DNA from: Candidatus Poribacteria bacterium
GTDB lineage: Bacteria; Poribacteria; WGA-4E; WGA-3G
Length of the DNA stretch: 64,000 nucleotides
Assembly: GCA_963665235.2 (NCBI GenBank)
Contig: CAXXLX010000001.1
Location: forward strand, 1,504,001 to 1,568,000
Reading direction: 5' to 3'
The position numbers were made by a program, and so were the translations under genes. Position 1 is the first letter of the stretch. The number at the start of each line of letters is the position of its first letter. The notes beneath the pieces were generated by a model. That model saw only the letters and a list, made by a program, of their open reading frames with translations, had not been told where the DNA came from and did not search any database. Below are positions 43,396-53,200 of this stretch, piece after piece.

Positions 43396-43895
43396 CAAAA
43401 CCGCTTACGAACATAGACGGGGCAGGCGTTCAGGAACATCCACCACCGAGAACCGAATGTCACACTTTGTGTCAAAAGTGTAACATTTACACCAGAACAG
43501 CACACAAAAGTAGGCAGGAGTGATAACCGAAAACCGGCAGCCAAAATGGCACAACGCGTTTTTTTGTGTTGCGAAAAATATAGGGGTAAATCGCCTATAA
43601 ACATAGACGTGGCGTGGGTTTGTGCGAATACAGCACCGAGAACCAAATGTTACACTTTGTGTCAAAAGTGTAACATTTCCACCGGACCGCCTCAAAAAGT
43701 AGGAGGCAGCACGGTAAGAAAAGTCCGCAGAACTGATACCTGAAATCGGCGGTTGAAATGACACATTTTGTTTTTTTTGTGTTGCGAAAGCGAGAGTGCA
43801 AAACGGCTTACAAACATAGATAGGGCATGCGTTTGTGCACATGCAACACCGAAAACCAAATGTTACACTTTGTGTCAAAAGTGTAACTTATGCAC
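43396..43895. repeat. Three diverged ~190-213-bp direct repeats, each with a 28-bp palindrome
   Basis: TGT(T/C)ACACTTT-GTGTCA-AAAGTGTAAC(A) at 43458, 43648, 43861. Confidence 0.85.
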
Positions 43896-44499
43896 CGGTT
43901 TTGTACAAAAACTTTACACACCCCAATCAGACAAGACGATTGACATTTAAGCCAACACAGGGTAAAATAAACGTAACGTTATAAGGAGAACTCCTTCATG
44001 AAAAACACTTTGTACTCCATTTTGACAGCACTGTTTGTAGCGGCAACATTTACGCCTATCAGCCTCGCCCAATATTCCCCGGGATGGGATTCCCCTGATG
44101 GCGCGAACGCGCGCATCAGAGGAGGTAAGCTCCGCATCTATGATGTAAAGTATTCACCGGATAGCACACGGGTCGCGGTGTCCGGTAGCTTCGGTGTCCG
44201 GCTCTACGATGTTCAGACAGGTGAAGAACAGGTTCAATTCATAGGGCACCGAGGTAAGAAGGTCTGGAGCGTGGCGTTTAGTCCAGATGGAAAAAGGCTT
44301 GTGAGCGGTGGACAGGATAATACCATTCGGTTGTGGGATGTGAACATAGGAAAACACATCCGAACAATCACAGAACGGGCCTGGAGCGTAGCATTTAGTC
44401 CAGATGGCACGACGATAGCAAGTGGGGATTGGATTCAGACCATTAGTCTATGGGATGTGAACACAGGGAAACGTCTATTTACACTCCCTGAAAATATAA

Positions 44500-45007
44500 T
44501 ACCATTTTTATTAATTATTCTATCATTACCGGTTGTTAGCAATGAAACGGAGAACGGAAGACCCAAACTGGAAGTTTATGCTACGATAAAGGGCACAAAC
44601 TGGAAGTTTATGCTACGATAAAGGGCACAAACTGGAAGTTTATGCTACGATAAAGGGCACAAAGAGGCACAATCTGGAAGTTTATGCTAACGAGTTGTGC
44701 TAAATGACTTTTTGTACAACATTATTTCACACAAGAACGTTTTGTCCGTGCTTCTCATTGGTTTGGACGCTCTTCAGTCCCAGTATTCGGGCAAGCAGCC
44801 CGCTCTTTAAGGACGATATCTTTATAGCTAAGCGTTCCACCTTTCTCTTTAGTCCCATAGGGACGATATGTTTGTATGACAACATCCAATATCTGTGAGA
44901 AAAACAAAAACAACCAGTTAACTGGCACAAGTCATTATGCTACAATAAAGAGGCACAATCTGGAAGATTATGCTACAATAAAGAGACATTTTCAATTAGA
45001 AATGGTA
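44500..45007 (-). mobile_element. MITE-A copy 3 (inverted, TAA TSD, 5 cores, nested insertion)
   Basis: TAA-TACCATTTTTATTAATT ... TTCAATTAGAAATGGTA-TAA. Confidence 0.92.
44690..44934. mobile_element. 245-bp element nested in a MITE-A repeat core
   Basis: TTATGCTA duplicated on both sides; imperfect ends CGAGTTGTGC / GCACAAGTCA; internal TTAGTCCCATAGGGACGATAT repeat. Confidence 0.7.
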
Positions 45008-45560
45008 TAACTAAGCTCTGGAGCCTAGCGTTTAGCCCGGATGGAAGGATGCTTGCAAGTTGTGGCTTCGAGTACAATACCGGCAGTGGGGACAATACCA
45101 TTCAGTTGTGGGATGTGAAAACGGGAAAACACATCCGAACAATCAGAGAAGAGGCAGTTGGGAATGGCATCACAGACGTGGCGTTTAGTCCGGATGGAAA
45201 GACTATAGCTAGTGCCAGCTCGTCTATCCTTCGGTTGTGGGATGTGAAAACAGGAAAACACATCCGGACATTTACAGAGGAGGCGGCTGGTGTCTGGAGC
45301 GTGGCGTTTAGTCCGGATGGAAAGACTATAGCTAGTGCCCATATCGGTGCTATCGGTCTGTGGGATGTGGAAACAGGAAAATTCCTACGAACAATCAGCG
45401 GACAGGGTCATGTCGGAAGAGTGGTGGCGTTTAGTCCGGATGGAAAGACTATCGCAAGTGGGGGTTGGCGTGGGGCATATCTGTGGGATGCAAACACAGG
45501 ACAACGCCTCCGAACACTCATAAAGGATTATTGACACAGCATATTGCAAGGAGAAATATC

Positions 45561-47117
45561 ATGAAATATGTCAACGCTTGTCTGTTTACGACTTTTATTC
45601 TTATCACAGTCCTGCAAATCGGCTGTTTATCCACAGGGGTGATGGATAAGGCAGAGAAATTGGTCGAAGTAAAGGATTATCGGGGTGCAATAGAGCTTTA
45701 TCAAAGCATCGTTGATAGTAAATCCGGCACGGCTGCCGCACGCACAGCACAACTCGCTATCGGTGAACTCTACATTGCACATATCAATCAACCCGAACGC
45801 GGGATTGAAATCTACAAAGCGGTCATTGCTGAAGCCCCCAATAGCGATGAGGCGGCAGCAGCACACTATCGTCTCGGGATGCACGCCTATCGTCAAAAAG
45901 ATTTTGACGCAGCGCAGACCCACTTTGAGACTGTCGTTAACCAATTTCCGCCTCTACAATTGCGTCAGAATGCACACCTGATGTTGGCAAAAAGTTATGA
46001 GGAAAGGCAGAAATATCAACAAGCTGTGGAAACTTTTGAGGATTTTGTGAACCGCTATCCACGGAGCAAACGCGCTCCCCAGGCCCGCGCCAATAAAGCA
46101 CGAATACAACGCAAATTCCTTAAAAAAGACTTAGAAGCATCGGTTGAACCCAATGCTTCTGAGGGCTCTATAACCCCCATCAGGAAAGGTCAGATTAAGG
46201 TTAATAACATACAGTATTCACCCGATGGCACACACCTTGTGGTGGCGGGCAACTTCGGGATTTTGCGCTATGATGTTCAGACAGACGACGCACCTGTCAA
46301 ATTCACAGGGCACTCAGGGAGAGCCTGGCGCATCGCGTTTAGTCCAGACAAAGTGCTGTTCGCAAGTGTCAGTTCGTCCGGGGAAATTTATCTGTTGGAT
46401 GTGAACACGGGAGAACGTCTCCGAACAATTAAAGAGCCAGAATTAGGCATCTCGGGTATAGCATTTAGCCCGGATGGCAGGACGCTAGTAAGTGGAAACG
46501 CTGACCATACTGTCTGTGTATTCGATGTGGACACAGGGAAACGGCTCCGAACCCTCATAGGGCATACAGCTCCCATCTTTAGCGTGGCGTTTAGTCCGGA
46601 TGGCAGGACAATCGCTACGGGTAGTTCTCGTGAGGATAGCACAGTGCGTTTGTGGGACGCACGGACAGGAGAACACCTCCGAACTCTCACGGGGCATGCG
46701 TATCATGTCTTTAGTGTAGCGTTTAGCCCGGACAGGACGCTGCTTGCAAGTGGTGGTGGTCTTGACGGAACGGTCCGCTTGTGGGATGTAAACACGGGAA
46801 AACAGGTCCGAACACTTCCAGAGGACCATCCGGGAGATACTATAGGTACGTGGAATCGTATGAGTCCGCACCAATGCGTAGCTTTTAGTCCGGATGGCAG
46901 GACGCTCGCAAGTTTCGGTGGTTTGGGCATTCGTTTATGGGATGTGAAAACAGGCAAACTTCTCCGCAAACTCAGGGAGCGCAATGGCAGTCATGGTATT
47001 AGTGTGGTGGCGTTTAGTCCGGATGGCAAGACGCTAGCAGTTTGCGCTAGCGACGAAGTCGATCTGTGGGATGTGAAAACGGGAAAACAAATTCGAAGAC
47101 TCATAATTCCATTTTGA
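45561..47117 (+). CDS. TPR + WD40 lipoprotein (cassette 2, intact)
   Basis: AAGGAG RBS, QIGC lipobox, N-half paralogous to 18331 gene, C-half WD40 repeats. Confidence 0.9.
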   Translation: MKYVNACLFTTFILITVLQIGCLSTGVMDKAEKLVEVKDYRGAIELYQSIVDSKSGTAAARTAQLAIGELYIAHINQPERGIEIYKAVIAEAPNSDEAAAAHYRLGMHAYRQKDFDAAQTHFETVVNQFPPLQLRQNAHLMLAKSYEERQKYQQAVETFEDFVNRYPRSKRAPQARANKARIQRKFLKKDLEASVEPNASEGSITPIRKGQIKVNNIQYSPDGTHLVVAGNFGILRYDVQTDDAPVKFTGHSGRAWRIAFSPDKVLFASVSSSGEIYLLDVNTGERLRTIKEPELGISGIAFSPDGRTLVSGNADHTVCVFDVDTGKRLRTLIGHTAPIFSVAFSPDGRTIATGSSREDSTVRLWDARTGEHLRTLTGHAYHVFSVAFSPDRTLLASGGGLDGTVRLWDVNTGKQVRTLPEDHPGDTIGTWNRMSPHQCVAFSPDGRTLASFGGLGIRLWDVKTGKLLRKLRERNGSHGISVVAFSPDGKTLAVCASDEVDLWDVKTGKQIRRLIIPF

Positions 47118-47258
47118 TACGACCGCGCACCGTTGTAGGAGCGTGCTGTGCACGCGACCCCTTTCTTCTGTAGGAGCGAGTTGCGCTCACGCTCTTTTGA
47201 CTTTGTTCCTCCCGATATCCCCTCTTCCATTCTTCCATTCTTCCATTCTTCCACCCTG

Positions 47259-50200
47259 CTACTCGAAATCGCCGCGGACTGTTAGGGCACTTGCAACAGA
47301 GAGGAAATCTCTGCCCTCTTCAACCCTATCGTGATTATAACTGATACCTAAATGTAGGTTAGCCGTTAGATACGTGCTGATTTTGTACCCTGCGCGGAAC
47401 GTTGTTTCATATCGTTCTGAACGTTCCTCTCTATTGGCACCGTAGTGTTCCCTGCGGATTGCCCAAGAGAGCGTGTTTGTGAGTTCCAGGTCGTGCTTAA
47501 GCGGAATTCTGCCGATAAACGGCAAACGAATCCCGCCTTCGGTGCGGTAACGGTAATCTATACTGAAGTTTGGGGTGATGATAAGTGCATTGCTTTCAAT
47601 ACCACTGCGTTCCTGGTTGCGGAGTGTGGTACGGATACCGAGTAACGTTCGGGTCTCCTGCCCCCATGAGTGGTTCCAGCTCAGGGAAGGCGTGTGTGCC
47701 GTGCTGTCGCTGAGGGTAGTTTGTAGGTTCGCATTCTGCCGCGTTGTAAAACTGTATCGGAGTTGAAAGCTAGAGGTTTCTTGCGCCTTAATTTTGATGT
47801 CCGCCTCATAAGTTTCTGCATTCGAGGTGTACGTGCTGCCCAGGCTTTTCCTGAAACTGTTGGATGTAATGACGTTGCTACCGAGGGTTGCCCATCTCCA
47901 CGGGGTCACAGAGCTTCGGACTGTGTAGCGATTGCTTCGCCGGGAATTGGAACGTTCCGTTGCCTCTGGTGCGAGCTGCCATAAGTCTACGATAGATAGT
48001 CCAGACTCCAATTGGCGATAGGACTCGGTGGCACTGAAGGTCGCGTTGGTATTCAGAGTGAAACTTTTCAGAATTCGATGCAAAATGCCTTCTTGTGACG
48101 GGGTCGGAGGTTGCTGTGCTCGCTGCCCTATCGTGCCCCCATTGTCAGTAGGAGGCGAAAGCTGCTGTGCCAATTCTGCCTTATCCCGAGTAATCCAGTC
48201 GCTGCGGTTTTCCTCTATTTCCTGAATCTGTGCTTCGTCGATACCTTTTTCGCGTAACTGTTGAATCTGGTTGTCAGTTGTCGGCTGTCCGGTCGCTTTT
48301 CGTTCATCAACCTGCTCCCTCTTTTTTTCTTCAGTCAAAAGCCATGTGAACCACTTCTGAATACGAATATTCACACCGAGGCTGACATTGCCGTTGAGTG
48401 AAGCGTTCTTCTGTTGACTGAACCAGTTTTCGCGAAAACTGACACGGCTTGTGACGGTGGGCCGCATCCCCAGGAGGTCGCGATTGAGGCGCGGTGTGAA
48501 AGCGAGGCGATGCTCACGTTCCGCCATAGAAAAATCCGGCACAGCCGTGTCCTCAACATCAGTTTCCCCTCCTTGCGAAGGGTTAGGGGAAACGGTATAT
48601 CGGCTCTCGTCTCGCCTTTCAAGCGTTCGGCGGATGTCATAGCTCGGATTAAGGCTAAAAATGTTTATCGGTGTGATGTTAAGTGTAATAGAGCCGCTAT
48701 CTGTTTTCTCGTCCCGATTTCTGCCGTAACCGTAACTGAAGTAGGAGGAGGTTGTTCCCGTTGTATCTGTGGCAGTTTCCGGCTTTGCGAGGATATCTTC
48801 ATGCCGGTATTGTGCACTGAATCCGAGTTTTGTGCCGATGTCATATTGAAAGGTGCCCGTGTAGAGATGACTAATCTGTGTGCCTTGCCGCTCGTTCCAA
48901 AAATCCTGATAATTGTAGGCGAAGCCGAGGTTCGGAAGCGGATTACGGTTGAGTCTGACAGAAAAGTCTCTGTTGTGCGTTTCACTTTTTCCGCTCTGAA
49001 AAGAGCTGTAGCTACCGCGCTGTGCTTCCGTTTCAGATTCCTGCTCCCGGATGGCATAGCGGATGGGCAACCATGAAAAGAGGGTGACATCCGCATTGAT
49101 ATTGAAGTCGTTGTTTGTTGTGCTGTACCCGCGTGAAGAGAGCCGTTGCCTGCCGATTTCACCTGTTCCGCTTTCAAAATCCTTGTCTTGACTGGCGTAA
49201 CCGCCTCGGAGCCGGACCAAATTGCCGAGGGACACTGACATATCGCCTCGGCGTGCCCAGCCGGCCCGTACAAGCGGGTCGCCGAGATGGATTTCGTTAA
49301 CCCAGACCTCACCGCTGATTTCCTGTTCCGTATCGTTTCGGATACCTATCAGAATGCCGCCGATATTTTTAATAGAGAGCCGCGAACTACTGACCTGTGT
49401 CCCCGCGCCCCTGATTGTGAACCCATCCGGATGCCCATCGGGGCCATTTGATATTACGGGCGGGTTTGTGTCGGGCTGTGTGTCGGAGAAAGGTGCTTGG
49501 GTGTTTTCTGCATCTGGATATTCATTTTTCCGCTGGTCCCGCAGGTCAATTTCAATCAACTTCCAGCCTTCAAAGTCAATCGGCACGGTGTATTCATAGT
49601 AATCTGTCAGATTCTCAAAAACATTGACATCCTCCTGTTGAGGTTGGTTCACAAAGGGGTCGGCACTGTAAAAAGAGCTTCGGTAGCCTGTTCGGACAGT
49701 CGGAGCAAGTTGTAGGACAAAGGTTGTATAGCTTTTATCGCCGTATAACCAGAGCCGTAAGGTATCGTGTTTGCTAAAGTCTTGGCCCTCGCTTTGTGTG
49801 AGTCCTTTGAGTTGCTTGGAGGTAATTCCGTGGGAGTCAGGGAACAGATAGTATTCTAAGCTAAGCGTCTGTTCGCGTTGCTGTTGTGTTTGAAAGCCGA
49901 GCGATGTTGCGGTGAACGGGTGCAGTTTTTTAAAAAGTTCGTTGTCCTCAATTTCAAGGTATGCACTCTGGTATGTGTCATAATTGAAGTTATCCTTTGT
50001 GCCAACGATGAACCTTTCCGGTGTATCTTGAACCACCTCTCGGTCCGATAGTGAGCCTGTAGCGTCGGTGAGCGCGCGGGTGACGATACCGCGTTCCCAT
50101 TTGTTGCCAACGATTTCTATAGATGCCCATTGGAATGTGCCTTTCACGTTACCGGGGCGGTTTTTGATAAGCCAAAATCGGCAGTGCTGAACGAATACTA

Positions 50201-53200
50201 AACTCGGTACGCGGGAGCCTTCGGGGGTAAATGCTGAAATTGGAATGCTGAGAAACGTCCAGCCGTTGTTATTTGTGCTTTTAATCCATTCGTTCGGAAT
50301 TTCATTGAGAGGTATTGCCACTTGGAAATACGCATCAATTTTATCAAGCACACCATCGCCGTTCAGGTCTTCGCTATCAAGAATTTGGTTATCTGCCCCG
50401 ACAGCTATAGGTTCACCTGCGCCATCGTACATCCACCCTATATCTTCACCTGTATCGAGTGCGCCGTTCCCCCGATGGCGGAGTGCCTCCGGTAGGTTTT
50501 CAAGGTCCAGGTCGAGTGCGTCGACGTTTCCATCTCCGTTCGTATCGGTTAGCGTCTGTGGGAGGTCTTCGCTGTCTAGGTAGTTGTCAGCATCGGTGTC
50601 TTCGTTGACGATACCAAAATTGAGGAGTAGGGTGACATCGTCGTCGCCTTGGACGCGCATCCACATTTCAACGAGGCCGCGTTCGGAATAGTCTGCCCCT
50701 GCTTTTGAGAGTTGTAAGGCGAACCCGCCCCATTCTTCGACCACATCTGTGAAATCGTAGCCGACTTCCATAATCAACCGTTCTTCGGTTGAAAGTGAGA
50801 GCGGTTGGATTGAAGATGCGGGGACATCTCGGTTTCGCATATAATTGCCCACCGCTTCAGAATCGTCCTTATCTTTCAGCGCGACTTTAAAAAGTGCCCT
50901 ATTCTCTTGTGTCGGCGTGTACTCCAAGCTGTTAGTATTCTCCTCTGGTGAGTCTGGGATGTATGGGACACTACTAGGTTTCCAGTTGTATTTTAGGGTG
51001 GGGACCGTTGCGGATTCCCTTGCGCCCTCCATACTATCAATTAGGGCAACGCCGATGCTATTCGGGTTGTTATGTGAGTATGCAGCTTCGCCACTGAAGT
51101 CAATAGAGAGCGGAAAGTTTTGCATGGATATAAGCGGTAACGGGTTTAGCAACCACGCCATGTTGAACGTTTTACCGAAACTACTGTTGACATTGAAGGC
51201 TTGTAAGCGGTTCGGTACACTGTTGACATCCGGAACCTCTACCTGTTTTTGGCCGGTGGTTAAAATATAGCCTGTTGAAAGTGTAAAATCCTTTTGGAAC
51301 ACCGGATTGAAATAGGATGTCCCGCCGCCGTAGCCGCCGAGATACCCCTGTCCGATTCGGGAACGGCCGCCGAAGCCTCCGAAGCTTCCATACCCGCTAC
51401 TTCCAAATCCCCCGCCAAAACTGCTCTGTCCAAACCCACCGCCGAAGCGACCGCCTGCACGCGGGAATCCCCCAATAGGCGGAAGGTCCAAATCGCCCCC
51501 TCCAATTGTCTCGTCACTCACATCTGTCCCGGTTATTTGTAAACCGCCTAACCGCCTAAATCTATCCTCAAGATTCTGTTCTCTCTGCGATTTCGCTTTC
51601 GGTTTGTGCGTATATTCCAGCCAAACCCCCGCGACGGCTTGCTGTGATGCCCCCCCGAAGGGGGTTCTCTCAAATTCTACGACGATTTCATCGAATTCAT
51701 CCAATTCTGTGAAGAACCGGATACTTCCAACTTCGTAAACCATCAGATACTCTGTATCTCGCGTGAGCCGCCGTCCGTTGAGACGAACGGTTTCACTGTC
51801 CGGAATGACAAATAATCCGACATTATAGGTCTCGGATTGATAGGAGTAATCCGCAATAATTGTGTATACTTGGTCGGTGTTGCGAATGCTTTCAAAATAG
51901 ATGGCCGCGTTGTTGAGCGAATCGCGATACTCATAATAGGGATGGGTTGGGTCTTTAATTTCGAACGGGTCAAAATCGGGAAAGCGCAGTAAACCCCTGT
52001 CATAGTCAATAAACTCGACATCAACGTTGCCATCCCCGTTTTGGTCTAATCCAAAGATTTCAAGGTAAGGCACAAGTCCCTCTTCTGTCTGAAACGTTTC
52101 ACTTTCACCTTGTCGTACGATTGTCAGTTGAAAATCGCGCGGGTTGATGTTGCGATTACCGAGGCTGTAGACATGACTTGCTTCCGTGCCGCGAAATCCG
52201 TCCTCCTTTAGCACAATATAGCCAAGCTCTTCCCCCTCTTCATCTATGATGCCGTCTCCGTTTTCGTCAGCAAAGACGTTGCCGGGGGCCCCAACGGTTC
52301 CGCCCCCATCGCCGAGGTATTCATAAGCCACAACGATAGTATAGCTGGACGAAATAGGCGACAAAAACTCTATCTCTCCAGTTTCATAGTCTATGTTGTA
52401 ATCCTGCCCGGGGAATTGTGGATTGAAATAGCCCCGGCTTGTGCGTTTTCCGCCTTGATTGTTTCCGACTACACTATCGTCAATATAGATTTCCTCACTG
52501 CCCGATTTAATCGGCAGATAGGCTTCGTGCAGGAGGCCATCCTCCCCCTGCTGAATGAGATAGAATCTATTTTTAACATAATTTGCATCCGCTATCTGAA
52601 TACCGCGCGGTCCGTAGCCGAAACTTGCACGCCGGGACTGCCCGCGGAACGTGCGTACCTCACGTACACCTTTACTTCGAGAACCGAACGCGGTCAAGCG
52701 AGCGTTCTTATATTCAAACACGCCCTCCAAACCGAATAGGTTGCGGTTAATGTTTAAGAAACGTGTGTTCGGCAGGTTGAGCGTAATATCCCCGAACGAA
52801 ATCGTTTTGATGAAACTATCCGGTTTGCCTTCATACCAGATTTTTATTTTTTGTTCTTTAGCTCCATCCAAACCGTATCCGCTGTATCCCCCGCCGTATC
52901 CGCCATATCCGCCTGTGCCGCCGCCGAATGTATTGCCCGCGTTGTAATCCACAGCAATATGCATCCGTTCCCCTACGCGGCCGTGCAGCCCAATCTGCTG
53001 CTGTTGTCGGATATTAATACCTGTTGCACGTGGAATCCCACTGCCGTAGCTGCTATATCCACCATAGCCGCCATACCCTGAATCATAACTCGAATATCCT
53101 CCCCCAAATCCGCTACTGTATCCGAAATCTTCGTAACCGTAAGAGGAGGTGAGCCCAAGGTCCAGCCCGGAACTGTAGCCGCCATAATTGCTATAGCCAT

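Larger units (their letters stand above)
42841..43923. mobile_element. Non-autonomous Mutator/IS256-like element, 21-bp TIR, 9-bp TSD
   Basis: CAATCAGAC-GGGTGTGTAAAGTTTTTGTAC ... GTACAAAAACTTTACACACCC-CAATCAGAC; no transposase inside. Confidence 0.85.
43998..45534 (+). pseudogene. Secreted WD40-repeat protein (cassette 2) split by MITE-A
   Basis: Removing 44500-45007 plus one TAA gives 342 codons, LPENITKLWS vs LPGHTIKLWS in the paralog. Confidence 0.9.

Noticed and set aside
43395-43950. Short ORFs over the 200-bp repeats
   Set aside because: Units shift frame and conservation centres on a DNA palindrome rather than codons
17265-45534. Diversity-generating retroelement linking the WD40 paralogs
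   Set aside because: No reverse transcriptase; differences span the whole gene and are not restricted to adenines
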